Assembly: GCA_965208575.1 (NCBI GenBank)
Contig: CBDBOV010000006.1
Span: 1,440,001-1,504,000, forward strand
From: Spirochaetia bacterium
Lineage (GTDB): Bacteria; Spirochaetota; Spirochaetia; SZUA-6; Bin103
Direction: 5' to 3'
Length of the DNA: 64,000 nucleotides
Within the stretch, counting starts at the first letter, position 1, and every line of letters begins with the position of its first letter. Below the pieces are notes generated by a model that worked only from the letters and a program-made list of their open reading frames with translations, was not told where the DNA came from and did no database searches. The position numbers and the translations under genes are program-made. Positions 1-10,012 of this stretch are shown here, piece by piece.

Positions 1-854
1 TTTACCATGAGCTTTGCCCAGTCCTTGGCGTATATGTCGCGGCCGAGCGCTGCCAATACTGCTCGGAGAATGAATACACGGTCGAGATTACCGAAGCCCT
101 TCTTGTCGAGCTCGGCCTTAAACTCATCGATCTTCTGGGCAAGGTGGAACTGACCCTTCTGGTAAGTCAGGGCGGAGACCATTTCATCGGCCGCCATCTT
201 GCGACCGGTCCGATTCAATCGAGCGAACACGGTAACCGCACTGTCAAGGTCAGCCTCGCGGATGTGAATGAGCGGCAGCTGGTAGTCCCGAAAGGCATTT
301 GCGAGCCGGTCTGCCTCGTCGAGCCAACGTCGGCTCTGCGTCGGATCATCAGCTTCTGATTGGATCCGACGGCATGCGTTGAAGAACCCGACGGTGTTAA
401 GTAGACTGCGTACTGGAAAATGCCGCGGTCCCGGACCCTCTCTCGGTTCTCGCTGAAACTCGCCGGTGTCGAGATCACAGTAGACGCGCCAGTCGACTCC
501 GTGCACCGAGCGATCCATGTCATCGGTCAGCCTCAGCGTTCCTACAAGCGTAGAGACGCGCTGCTGACCGTCGAGCAGGTACCCAACCATCCCGCCCGGT
601 GATGGACCGATGTCTACCGGACCGATGCGCTGAGTGGACTCTACGTTGTCGTCGGTGTCCCAAACGAGAATAGAACCGATCGGAAAGCCACTTAGAATGC
701 TGTCAAGGAGCGCGAGCAGATCAGCTTGTTTCCAAACGAAGGTTCGTTGAAACCGTGGCACACGGATTTTACCCGCGGCGATACGTTCAACGAGCTTGCC
801 TAGAAACATAACTTCGGTAGCAACGTCAGTACGAACGCGACGCTCGTTGGACAT
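1..854 (-). CDS. DUF262 (GmrSD/ParB-like) domain protein, runs off the left edge
   Basis: Not in the ORF track; translated by hand from ATG at 854: MSNERRVRTDVATEVMFLGKLVERIAAGKIRVPRFQRTFVW...SILSGFPIGSILVW...LLDGQQRVSTL...FARLNRTG. QR-x-FVW, DGQQR and F-x-R-L-N are DUF262 motifs. The ATG abuts the upstream stop. Confidence 0.9.
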   Translation of the reverse strand, partial: MSNERRVRTDVATEVMFLGKLVERIAAGKIRVPRFQRTFVWKQADLLALLDSILSGFPIGSILVWDTDDNVESTQRIGPVDIGPSPGGMVGYLLDGQQRVSTLVGTLRLTDDMDRSVHGVDWRVYCDLDTGEFQREPREGPGPRHFPVRSLLNTVGFFNACRRIQSEADDPTQSRRWLDEADRLANAFRDYQLPLIHIREADLDSAVTVFARLNRTGRKMAADEMVSALTYQKGQFHLAQKIDEFKAELDKKGFGNLDRVFILRAVLAALGRDIYAKDWAKLMV

Positions 855-1808
855 CTATACTTCGCCCCTGATCAGGTCAAGGCCGTACTCGAGGTCACCC
901 CGCCCGCGGGCGGATAGCTCAGCCCTGACGGATCCTCTAACTGTCCAGCACACGTATACGGCCGATCCGAACCCATTCTGAAGGGTAGCGAGATCCGCGA
1001 CAGTTGTGCCAACGAAGAGCTGATTGGCCCCCGCGTGGTTACTCAACCCTTCTTTCATGTCGAAGAAATCCTTTTGGTCGTCACTGAGACGCTCCCATGC
1101 TGCAACGCGCTGGCGATGCTCAGCACCGCTATCTGGCCTCTCAATAAGGAGTGTGCGAGGCAGGTAATTGTCCGCCTCGCGTTTCGCTAAAATCCAGCAG
1201 GACAGACCGTGTTGCTGGCAAGCTCGGTGCAAACGCGACGCATCTCTGCTCGGAATATCGTCTGGGCTTCTACGATCGCTGTCGACTATAACCACCAAGC
1301 GGGGCCGATACGGTCTGCCGACCGAACGACGCTCGACTTCTCGTCGCATCTGGCCTTTACCACCAACGCTATCAAAGCGGATAGGGTCCCCTGGCTGATC
1401 CCAGATAGAGCGAAGGGGCGGATCAAGCTCGTCGACTATCCGCTTCACGAATGCGCCGTCGCTTTCTCGGTTCTCGACAAGGATCCACATCGGCTCTTCG
1501 GCGAGCCGGCAGGTATTTTCTGGATTGAGCTCATCTACGGCACCTGGCGCCAGCTTCACTCGCACCGATCTCCCGTGCGAAGCACTCGCCCAAGCGCTAC
1601 GTTGGATCGAAGCGACCAATAACTCACGTACCCATGTACCTTGACTGCCACGGTCGCAAACCCACGATGTGGATTCTATCTCGGTCGGGTCTAGTTGAAC
1701 TGGTATCTCCCATAGGTGCCAGCCGTCGTCGATCTTGTGCAGGATTCGGTCCAGCCAGCGGTGGGCGTCTGGATCATCAGCTACGCTAGGTGATATATCG
1801 ATGCGCAC
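855..1808 (-). CDS. TOPRIM-like putative nuclease, partner of the upstream ATPase
   Basis: ILVENRESD, VIVDSD (DxD) and KREADNYLP resemble OLD/DUF4435-type TOPRIM motifs; lies between the ATPase and DUF262 genes. Confidence 0.6.
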   Translation of the reverse strand: MRIDISPSVADDPDAHRWLDRILHKIDDGWHLWEIPVQLDPTEIESTSWVCDRGSQGTWVRELLVASIQRSAWASASHGRSVRVKLAPGAVDELNPENTCRLAEEPMWILVENRESDGAFVKRIVDELDPPLRSIWDQPGDPIRFDSVGGKGQMRREVERRSVGRPYRPRLVVIVDSDRRSPDDIPSRDASRLHRACQQHGLSCWILAKREADNYLPRTLLIERPDSGAEHRQRVAAWERLSDDQKDFFDMKEGLSNHAGANQLFVGTTVADLATLQNGFGSAVYVCWTVRGSVRAELSARGRGDLEYGLDLIRGEV

Positions 1809-1814
1809 CGTGGC

Positions 1815-3065
1815 TTATCCCCTGGTTCGACGTGCGCGGCGGATAGCAAGGATCTCTTCATAGTCCTCGACGAAAACTCCGCTTGGCCAGTTATCGACCT
1901 CGCCCTTCTCGTTGATTCCGATCTCTCGCAGGACGGATCCGCTTCCTTGCTCGACGTGAATCCAATATACGCGCACATGGTCGGCTGGGAGCCGTCCCTC
2001 CGCGATCCACCGTCGGGCGCGTAGCAGCAACATCTCCGAATGAGTTTCGACAACGAGCGGCCGCTGGTGACCCGCGAGATTCTCAAGCAATAGTTCTGCG
2101 ACATAGGCATGGGAAGCGGGGTGCAGCTCTGCTTCCGGGTGTTCGACGATGTCGACACCGGGGCCAGCAGAACGGGACGTAAGGGCCATGACTGCTACAG
2201 GGAGTACCTGGGCTAACCCACGGCCCGAGTGCGTAAGCGGTACATTCGTGGTATGGTGCGGTGCGCTAGCGAGTAATTCCGAGTAGGTTCCTTGTGCCCC
2301 GACATTAAGGGTTGTGCCAAATGCGCGACGGTACCATTTCCTCACCGATTCTTCCAGTTCGTCATTCGCGGCTACGAGCAGAGACGCATGCTCGCCGTGG
2401 GATCCTAGCGCCGCTGGGCCGGCGTCTGGAATTAGGAACAGTGACGGACCAAGTTTGCGTGGGCACTGCAGGTACCGAATACCGTGTGCCCAACTCTGAA
2501 GCGCTACCAAGCTCTGAAGCGCGTCGAGTCGAGGTCGCACCGAGGCAACCAGTTCGCGAGGAAGCTCCGGAATCAACCGTCGCCAACGCACGGGGGCGAC
2601 TTGTGTGGTCATCCCGGAAGCGTCGACGACATGTTCGAGTTCATCGTCGAATGCAGACCGTGTCAACTCGATCACGGTGCCATCGCGAGCGAGTCGCCAT
2701 TTGTAGACTTGGCGTCCCGGGCGGTACGGAGGGACCTGTACGGCCTGAACGCTCGCGGCTATCGAAAAGTCGGTTTGGCCGTCTGCAAGTGCCGCCGAAA
2801 GGTGCAATCGACCGTGGAGGCTGCGTCCTGTTACCAAGTCTGCGAATGTAGTGCCATGGCGAACTCCGCCGGATTCAAGCGGAAGCGGCTCTGACACATC
2901 CGCTCCTTCTGGCGATAGTCCGCCCGCTAGCAAGGGGATTGATTGAGCGAGAGCCGTCTTGCCTGCGTTGTTGGCGCCCACGAGAATAGTCAGCGGAGCG
3001 AACTCAAGCTCCTGTCGCTGTGCGTAGCCCTTGTAGCGCTCGACGCTAAGTTTCCGAAGTTCCAC
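1815..3065 (-). CDS. ABC-type AAA ATPase (AAA_15/AAA_21) with DUF3696-like C-terminus
   Basis: Walker A GANNAGKT, signature SGRGLAQVLP, Walker B IVEHPEAELHP, ETHSE H-loop, C-terminal DNWPSGVF. GTG at 3065 chosen as start. Confidence 0.85.
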   Translation of the reverse strand: MELRKLSVERYKGYAQRQELEFAPLTILVGANNAGKTALAQSIPLLAGGLSPEGADVSEPLPLESGGVRHGTTFADLVTGRSLHGRLHLSAALADGQTDFSIAASVQAVQVPPYRPGRQVYKWRLARDGTVIELTRSAFDDELEHVVDASGMTTQVAPVRWRRLIPELPRELVASVRPRLDALQSLVALQSWAHGIRYLQCPRKLGPSLFLIPDAGPAALGSHGEHASLLVAANDELEESVRKWYRRAFGTTLNVGAQGTYSELLASAPHHTTNVPLTHSGRGLAQVLPVAVMALTSRSAGPGVDIVEHPEAELHPASHAYVAELLLENLAGHQRPLVVETHSEMLLLRARRWIAEGRLPADHVRVYWIHVEQGSGSVLREIGINEKGEVDNWPSGVFVEDYEEILAIRRARRTRG

Positions 3066-3244
3066 GACGAAGCACCGTACCAAGTTTCGGCACCGCGGCC
3101 AACCAACCATGCATGCACCACCGGGCGGGTTGCACGGATTTCCAGGGTGGCAGTTCGATTACAGGACAACGACGGGAGAGATCGTGGACTCCGTCGTTCT
3201 CAGGTGTGAACAGAAGCCACGGGTTACTTGCTGCCGCTCTTGGG

Positions 3245-4576
3245 TCAGGCTTGCGCGAGGTAGGCGATGGTGAGCGGGCCGTCGGGGAGCACGCACAGGC
3301 GCTCGGGGGCCAGGTCGGCGAGGGTCGCCTCAATGTTGCGGGTGGGGCGGAACAGGGCGGCGCGGATCTGGGCGTCGCTGAGGCCGTCGCTGTACACGTA
3401 GACGTCGGCGTGCTGCTGGATCAGCGCCTGGATCTGCACCTGCCACTGGTCCTGCTGGGAGAACCCCGGCCGCCGCAGCAGTTCGAGTATCGCCTCCGGT
3501 GAGCCGGCCTCGGCGAGCAGCTCGGCGTAGCGGCCGTGGTCGGGCAGGCCGTCCTCGCAGCCGGCGGCCATGACGATTGCGCCGCCGCGCCGCACGATGC
3601 CCTTCGCGGCCTGCATCCCCTTCACCGTCTGGTACAGGTTCTGGTCGAGCGGGTAGCCGCTGTTGGTGGTGACCACGGCGTCGAACGGCTCCTCCACCGC
3701 CACCATCGCGCTGTCACGCACGAACGCGCAGCCGCGCCGGTGCGCCTCGATCACGTCGCCGGCGAACACGCCGCTGATCTCGCCGGCGCTGTTCAGGGTC
3801 ACGTTGAGCAGGAACAGCGGCTCGACCAGCAACGCCGCCTCGCGCATCTCCTCCCAGATCGGGTTGCCGTCGGTGATGCCCCAGGTGGCGCCCGGATCGC
3901 CGATCATGCCGTAACCGTGGTTGGTGAGCACGCTCTCGTGGCCGGCCAGCGCCGGCAGCGCCCCCTTCGGTCCGCCCGAGAAGCCGGCGAAGAAGTGCGG
4001 CTCGATGAAGCCGGTGAAGATCACCAGGTCCGCCTCCATCACCAGCCGGTTCAGGCGGATGGCGTTGCCGCGGCTGGTAGTGCCGGCGGCCACCAGGCCC
4101 GCGTCGTCCCAGGCGTCGTGCTGCAGGCAGCGGTAGCGGTCGACGATCGCCGCGCCGAGCATCCGGCGCAGTTCCTCGGGTGTCTGCCGGCGGTGGGTGC
4201 CGAGCGCGTTGATCAGGGTGATGTCGCGGCGCGCCACGCCGGCTTCCTCCAGGGCCGCGAGCAACACCGGCAGGATGCGGTCGTTGGGGGTGGCGCGGGT
4301 GATGTCGCTGTGGGTCACCACGACGCGCCGCTTGCCGGCGGCCAGCTCGGCCAACGGCGGCGCCCCCGTCGGCTCGGCCAGCGCCGCCCTGAGCGCGGCG
4401 GCCTCGTCGCCCACCCCGGCCACGTCGCGCGGGCGCACCACCGCGGCCTCTTCCGGCACCTTGATGGTCAGCCCGTCGCGCCCGTAAGCGAGCGCCACGC
4501 GCCTGGTGGCCGCGCCGTTGCCGTTGTGCGCAGTCGCGGGACCGTTGGCCGGCCCCCCGCCGTCCGCGCCGCTCAT
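3245..4576 (-). CDS. larA: Nickel-pincer-dependent lactate racemase family protein
   Basis: DITRATPN, ALGTHR, IEPHFFAGFSGGPK and GYPLDQNLYQTVKG motifs. Confidence 0.9.
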   Translation of the reverse strand: MSGADGGGPANGPATAHNGNGAATRRVALAYGRDGLTIKVPEEAAVVRPRDVAGVGDEAAALRAALAEPTGAPPLAELAAGKRRVVVTHSDITRATPNDRILPVLLAALEEAGVARRDITLINALGTHRRQTPEELRRMLGAAIVDRYRCLQHDAWDDAGLVAAGTTSRGNAIRLNRLVMEADLVIFTGFIEPHFFAGFSGGPKGALPALAGHESVLTNHGYGMIGDPGATWGITDGNPIWEEMREAALLVEPLFLLNVTLNSAGEISGVFAGDVIEAHRRGCAFVRDSAMVAVEEPFDAVVTTNSGYPLDQNLYQTVKGMQAAKGIVRRGGAIVMAAGCEDGLPDHGRYAELLAEAGSPEAILELLRRPGFSQQDQWQVQIQALIQQHADVYVYSDGLSDAQIRAALFRPTRNIEATLADLAPERLCVLPDGPLTIAYLAQA

Positions 4577-4694
4577 TGCCGCCGCCTGCCCGTCTCTCGG
4601 TACGCTTGCGGGACGTCGATACGACCCGGCCCGCCTTCGCTTGCGGCCGCTTGCCGCTGCCGGGCACGCCCCGCCGGCATCCCGCGGTCGCCGC

Positions 4695-6086
4695 TCACCG
4701 TCCCTCCCCCGCCTGCAGCCGCCGGGCGGCGCCCGGGTCGCCGATGTGCAGCGTGTCGTAGGCCTGCTGCGACGAGGTGAAGGCGCCCAACCCGGCGTGA
4801 CCGTGCCAATCGCCCTGGTTCAGGATCGGCGCCGGCAACCCGGTGGCCCGGCAGCGCTGCTCGATCCAGCGCTCCATGCGCCCGCGCAGGAACGCCGCCA
4901 CGTCGGGCAGTTCGTCCGCCAGGTTGTGCAGTTCGTCCGGGTCGTCGGTCAGGCGGTACAGCTCCACCGGCGGCTTGAAGTGGAAGTCGGGCTCCAGCGC
5001 CGCGATCAGCTTCCACTCCGGCGTGCGCCAGCCGTGCTTGCGCATCCAGGTGCACTCGGTCAGGTACAGCTCGCTCGCGTGGCTGTGGCGTTCGCCGCGC
5101 ACCATCGGCAACAGGCTGCGACCGTCGAACCGCGCTCCGTCGAACGGCAGGCCGGCCAGCTCCAGCAGCGTCGGCACCAGATCCTGGTGCTGGTTGTAGC
5201 CGGCCACGCGTACCCCGCTCGGCAATCCCGGCGGATAGCGCAGGATCAGCGGCACGTGCAGCACGTTGTCGTACAGGCCGTGGTGATCGAACCAGCACTC
5301 GTGGTCGTACAGCGTCTCGCCGTGGTCGCCGTTCACCACCACGATGGTGTCGTCCAGGATGCCGTGCGCCTCGAGCGCGTTGAACAGGACGGCGATGGCG
5401 GCGTCCATATAGGCGACGGCGCCGTCGTACTGGGCGATCACGTACTCCTTGTCGGTGATGCCGGGCGGCATCCAGGCGGCGAAGTAGTCCCGGAACGGCT
5501 TGAACGACAGCACCGGATCCATCGAGCGGTTGGCCGGGTCGCACTCGTTGCCGTGGTAGAACATGCGCTCGTAGGGGTGCGGCGGCAGGTAGGGCGAGTG
5601 CGGGTCCATGTGGCGCAGGAACAGCAGGAACGGGTCGCCGCCGGCCACCAGCCGGTCCAGCTCCGGCAACGCGGTCTCGTTCAGCAGGTGCGCCTTGGGG
5701 GCGCGGCCGCCGGCCGCGGGGCCCCATGCCTCGTAGTCGAGGTAGGTGTCGAAGCCGCGCGCGGAGGGATTGCCGGAGAACCCGATGCAGGTGCTGGCGT
5801 AGCCGTGGCCGCGCAGCAGCTCCGGCAGGGTGGTGACGGCCGCCCCGAGCGGACCCTTGTGGCGCAGCGCCACCACCTGCGTGCTGAAGCAGTCGAGGCC
5901 GGACAGCATCGAGCAGTACGCGGGGGTGGTCGGCACCGCCGGCGAGTAGGTGCGCTCGAACAGCACCGCGTCGGCGGCGAAGCGGTCCAGGTGCGGGGTG
6001 GTGTGACGGGGGTAGCCGTAGCTGCTCATGTGCCCCGCGGACAGCGAGTCGATGCCGAGCAGGACGATGTTGGGTGGTCGGGCCAT
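4695..6086 (-). CDS. Sulfatase-like hydrolase (alkaline phosphatase superfamily)
   Basis: PNIVLLGIDSL, TTPHLDRFA, DPHSPY, GDHGE, LHVPLI, QHQDLVPTLLEL. ATG at 6086. Confidence 0.85.
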   Translation of the reverse strand: MARPPNIVLLGIDSLSAGHMSSYGYPRHTTPHLDRFAADAVLFERTYSPAVPTTPAYCSMLSGLDCFSTQVVALRHKGPLGAAVTTLPELLRGHGYASTCIGFSGNPSARGFDTYLDYEAWGPAAGGRAPKAHLLNETALPELDRLVAGGDPFLLFLRHMDPHSPYLPPHPYERMFYHGNECDPANRSMDPVLSFKPFRDYFAAWMPPGITDKEYVIAQYDGAVAYMDAAIAVLFNALEAHGILDDTIVVVNGDHGETLYDHECWFDHHGLYDNVLHVPLILRYPPGLPSGVRVAGYNQHQDLVPTLLELAGLPFDGARFDGRSLLPMVRGERHSHASELYLTECTWMRKHGWRTPEWKLIAALEPDFHFKPPVELYRLTDDPDELHNLADELPDVAAFLRGRMERWIEQRCRATGLPAPILNQGDWHGHAGLGAFTSSQQAYDTLHIGDPGAARRLQAGEGR

Positions 6087-6117
6087 GTCCGGATCCTCCG
6101 CGTCGTTGGCGCCGGCG

Positions 6118-7599
6118 CTACCGTTCCAGGTAGTCGCGCGCCCAGCTCCCGCCGGCCGCACCGCTGCCGGGCGCCCGCCACAGCGCCTGCGCCGCCTCGT
6201 CGGCGCCGTATTCCTTGAGCGAGGCCAGCAGCAGCTCGTGCAGTTCGGCCACCGTGGCGCGATTCGCCTCGGCCACGTCGTGCTCGGCGCGCGGGTCGGC
6301 GGCCAGGTCGAACAACTGCGGCGCGCCGGCCGGGCCGACCGGCGCGTAGCCCCAGTCGGCGGCGCGCAGGAACGGCGTGCTCGCGCGCGCCGGGAGCCGG
6401 TCCGGGGTGGCGGCGGCCGGGCGCGCATGGGCGGCGGTAATCACGTGTTCGCGCAGCCCGCCGCCGCCGGCCAGCAGTTGCCCGGCGAAGGAGCGTCCCT
6501 GCATCGGTTGCGGGGGCGCGATGTCGACGCCGGCCAGCTCGCTCAAGGTGGGCAGCAGGTCGAACGGCTGCGCGCGCAGGTCGAGCTGCGCCCCGGCCGG
6601 TACCGGACCCGCCTGCGCATTGCCGGCGATCAGGCACAGCTCGTCGCTCAGCACCGGGTACAACGGCCAGAAACGCCCGTCGTCGTCGGTGATGTTGCTC
6701 TTGCCGCAGCAGTTGTGCTCGCCCACCGCCATGCCGTGGTCGGCCATCACCACCACCAGCGAGTTGCGCCACAGGTCCAGGTCGTCGATCTTCTCCAGTA
6801 CCCGTCCGATGTGGCGGTCCACCAGTTCCGATTCGGCCGCGTAGTGCGCCCACAGGTTGCGCAACTCGGCCTCGGTGTAGCGGTCGGCGGGGCCGTAGTT
6901 GGGGTGCAGCATCGGCGGTCCGTCGTAGTCGGGGTCGTAGCGCCGCACCAGGTACTCCGGCGCATCCCACGGCTCGTGCGGATCGAAGAAGTCGACCCAC
7001 AGGAAGAACGGGCCGGCCTGGTAGTTGCGCTCCAGCCAGGTGGCGGTGGTCTGAGCGGTTTGCGCGCAGAACGTATCGGCCTCCGCGCGGATGTCGTTCA
7101 GCCACACGTGCAGGTCGATCAGCGTCCCGCCGAGGGTCTGCGGCGCCAGGCGCGTCTTGGCGCGCGGCACCGCTTCGGCGATCGGGTCGTTCATGTGCAG
7201 CAGGGTGAGGTCGCCCTCCTGGCCGCGGTGCTGGTAGCTGCCGTGGAAGCCGACCTGGAAGCCCGACTTGAACAGGTGCGGGCAGTCGCAGATCAGTTGC
7301 GTGAAGTAGCCGTGCCCGGCGAGCAGCGATGCGATGTGGTTGGTGGTGCTGTGGCTGATCGGCTGCCACCCGTAGTGCGGCCACCCCACCCGGCCGCTGG
7401 CGAAGTCGGTGCGGTGCGGAATGGTGGGGAAGCTGCTCATGGTGAGCCCGGTCAGCTCGGTGGCGCGCTCGGCCGCGAACCGGTCGAGCGCGGGGGTGCG
7501 CACCGGGCGGACCGCGCGCGTGCCGAGGTTGTCGCGCCGGAAGGTGTCGGTGATCAGGACGATGATGTTGGGATGCTCGGAAGCTGCCATGACGGCCAT
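6118..7599 (-). CDS. Sulfatase-like hydrolase (alkaline phosphatase superfamily)
   Basis: PNIIVLITDTFRRD, TPALDRFA, FDPHEPW, ADHG, DLLPTL. Start at 7599 or 7590. Confidence 0.85.
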   Translation of the reverse strand: MAVMAASEHPNIIVLITDTFRRDNLGTRAVRPVRTPALDRFAAERATELTGLTMSSFPTIPHRTDFASGRVGWPHYGWQPISHSTTNHIASLLAGHGYFTQLICDCPHLFKSGFQVGFHGSYQHRGQEGDLTLLHMNDPIAEAVPRAKTRLAPQTLGGTLIDLHVWLNDIRAEADTFCAQTAQTTATWLERNYQAGPFFLWVDFFDPHEPWDAPEYLVRRYDPDYDGPPMLHPNYGPADRYTEAELRNLWAHYAAESELVDRHIGRVLEKIDDLDLWRNSLVVVMADHGMAVGEHNCCGKSNITDDDGRFWPLYPVLSDELCLIAGNAQAGPVPAGAQLDLRAQPFDLLPTLSELAGVDIAPPQPMQGRSFAGQLLAGGGGLREHVITAAHARPAAATPDRLPARASTPFLRAADWGYAPVGPAGAPQLFDLAADPRAEHDVAEANRATVAELHELLLASLKEYGADEAAQALWRAPGSGAAGGSWARDYLER

Positions 7600-7903
7600 T
7601 GTACGCCCCCGTCCGCGGCTCGGTAAACCTTCTGTGCCTGCCATCTCCTGGAGGCGGTCGAGGGCTGGACCGATCGCGGACCGCGCCGGGAGCCCGTGCG
7701 TGATGGATCGCCTGGCGGTCGCCGGCGCGCCGGGCATGGCCTCTCCACGGCGCATCGGATCATCGGCCGCGCCACCGGTCGCGCCGGCGTAAACGGTCTC
7801 GAATCGTCCGCGCGCCGCCCGGCCCGGCACGAGCGCCGGGCCGGTGCTGTCAATGTTGCGCGGAGCATGGAATTGGGCGATAATGAAGGTGATGTCGGCA
7901 CGC

Positions 7904-8395
7904 ATGCAATCCGCCCCGCGCCGGAGGTTCGATGCTGCGCCGGAAGCGGCAAGGGTGCCGCCGGGCGGAGCGCCGGAGTCTTCCGGCGAGAGCAGGCCGA
8001 TCTTGTTCGTCGATGGCTGTTGCGTGCTGTGCCAGCGGGCGGCCGGCTGGCTCGCCCGCCGCGACCGCCGCGGACGGGTCACGCTCGCCGCTCTGCAGGG
8101 GGACACCGCGCGCCGCCTGGTGCCGGCCGCCCTGCGCGCCGCGGCGGTGGACCGAGACCCCGGCTCGGTGGTGTGGCGCACGCCGGACGGGAGGCTGCTG
8201 CTGCGCTCGACGGCGGTGCTGGCCGCGGTCGCCGCGCTCGGCGGGCGCTATCGGGCGGCCGCCCTGTTGCGCCTGGTGCCGGCGCCGGTGCGCGACGCGC
8301 TGTACGCCGCGGTCGCGCGCCGCCGGCGCCGCTGGTTCGGCGTCACCCGGGAGTGCCTGCTGCCGGCCGCCGCGCGCGGCGCGGTACTCGACTGA
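7904..8395 (+). CDS. DCC1-like thiol-disulfide oxidoreductase (DUF393)
   Basis: FVDGCCVLC (DGxCxxC) and RDALYAAVARRRRRWFG. Start approximate. Confidence 0.85.
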   Translation: MQSAPRRRFDAAPEAARVPPGGAPESSGESRPILFVDGCCVLCQRAAGWLARRDRRGRVTLAALQGDTARRLVPAALRAAAVDRDPGSVVWRTPDGRLLLRSTAVLAAVAALGGRYRAAALLRLVPAPVRDALYAAVARRRRRWFGVTRECLLPAAARGAVLD

Positions 8396-8799
8396 TGGAG
8401 TCCGGCATGGACATGGACGTACTGTTTCTGGTCGGCCGGCTGCTGGCGGCGCTGATGTACCTGCTGATGGGCGTGAACCACTTCGTTCACCTGCCGGAGA
8501 TGATCGACTACGCCGAGGCGCGCCGTGCCCCGGTGCCGTTGCTCACGGTACCGGTCACCGGCCTCGCGCTGATCGCCGGCGCGCTGTCGATCGGCCTGGG
8601 CGTGTACGCGGCCGCCGGCGTGATCATCGTGGTGGTGTTCCTGCTGCTCGGCGCGCTGCTCGTGCACCGCCCGCTGCCGAGCGACGACGCCCGCACCGGC
8701 CAACAGGAAATGGTCAACATGCTGCGCAACCTCGCCCTGGCCGGCGCCACCCTGGCCCTGCTCGCCCGACCCAACTGGCCCTACTCCCTGACACCGTAA
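8395..8799 (+). CDS. DoxX family membrane protein
   Basis: Four hydrophobic segments, GRLL...GVNHF, NLALAG. TGATG overlap with the upstream stop. Confidence 0.85.
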   Translation: MESGMDMDVLFLVGRLLAALMYLLMGVNHFVHLPEMIDYAEARRAPVPLLTVPVTGLALIAGALSIGLGVYAAAGVIIVVVFLLLGALLVHRPLPSDDARTGQQEMVNMLRNLALAGATLALLARPNWPYSLTP

Positions 8800-8870
8800 C
8801 CGGTGCGCCGCCGGGCGCAGGGTGCCGCAGGTCGAGGAAGCCGGCGGTCGCCGTCCCGCCGGCAGCCGCG

Positions 8871-9200
8871 TCAGCGCGTGCCGGGGCGGCGGAGCAGGCC
8901 GCTGAGCGCGGAGATGCCGCCGGCCGCGATCAGGGCGGCGCCGGCGAAGCTGACCACGCCCTTCAGGAGCGAGCCGAACAGGAACATGCCGGCTCCGCTG
9001 GCGAGCGCGATCCATCCGGCGCGCCGGTTGTGCGGCTGCGTGACCAGCACCCACACGCCCCAGCCCGCAGCGGCCGCCGCGAGGACCGTGCGCGACACCG
9101 GGTTCAGCAGGATGCCGTTGGCCAGCAGGACCGCCACGCCGGTGCCGGCGAGGAACAGGCCGCCGGCCACCGGCGCCGAGAGCTGCTTGCGTTCATCCAT
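8871..9200 (-). CDS. Small hypothetical membrane protein
   Basis: 109 aa, about four hydrophobic helices, host-like codon usage. Confidence 0.6.
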   Translation of the reverse strand: MDERKQLSAPVAGGLFLAGTGVAVLLANGILLNPVSRTVLAAAAAGWGVWVLVTQPHNRRAGWIALASGAGMFLFGSLLKGVVSFAGAALIAAGGISALSGLLRRPGTR

Positions 9201-9233
9201 GGCTGGAAGGTACTCAGCCGTCCGCGCCGCGGG

Positions 9234-10010
9234 CTACCGTGCGGCGGACGCGCGCAGTTCGGCGCCGGTGATGCTCGGGCACCAGAACTGCTCGATGTAG
9301 TGCACGGTCATCTCGGTGGCCGCGGCGTGACTCACGTAGGGCGGCCGCGCCGGGTTGTACATGCAATCGGTGAGGTCGCGCAGCAGGTACACGGGAATGC
9401 CCCAGCGCACCATCTGTTTGATGGCGAAGGTGCGGTTCAGGACGCACATGTTGGTGTGCACGCCGGCGATCAGCACGGTGTCGATGCCGCGCTGCCGGTA
9501 CAGGCCGAGCAGCGCGCCGCCGTCGTCGCCGATGGCATCGCGCTCGGGATCGATCCACACCCCCGGGTGCTGGCGCGACCAGCGGCGGGTCGGCTTCGGG
9601 ACCGGATCCGGGTCGGTGTCCGAGGAATCGCTGCCGTCGACCGGCAGCGGCGGATCGTCATGCTCGCGCTCGGCGGGCGGTGCGACCGGCGGCGCCTCCA
9701 GCACCCGCGTTCGCGCCGGATGGCCGGCGTAGAACTCCATGGTGTCGGAGGGGGCGTGCACCACCAGCATGCCCTGGTCTCGCGCCGCGCGCGCGGTGCG
9801 GTCGATGTCCGGCACCAGCGGCTCCAGCCGCTCCTCGGCGCCGCGGCACCAATGGTGGTCCCACACGTCGCACAGCACCAGCGCCGTCGCCGCCGGCTGC
9901 AACGCCACCGGCCCTTCGCGCACGTGCCAGCCGCGGTAGCCGCGTTCATCGAGCGCCAACTCGCGCCGGCGCGCGGTCACGGCCAGCGGCCGTCTCCAAA
10001 CCGTGCTCAC
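9234..10010 (-). CDS. Isochorismatase/cysteine hydrolase family protein
   Basis: LVLCDVWDHHWC, GVHTNMCV (catalytic Cys), LRDLTD. Confidence 0.85.
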   Translation of the reverse strand: MSTVWRRPLAVTARRRELALDERGYRGWHVREGPVALQPAATALVLCDVWDHHWCRGAEERLEPLVPDIDRTARAARDQGMLVVHAPSDTMEFYAGHPARTRVLEAPPVAPPAEREHDDPPLPVDGSDSSDTDPDPVPKPTRRWSRQHPGVWIDPERDAIGDDGGALLGLYRQRGIDTVLIAGVHTNMCVLNRTFAIKQMVRWGIPVYLLRDLTDCMYNPARPPYVSHAAATEMTVHYIEQFWCPSITGAELRASAAR

Positions 10011-10012
10011 CG

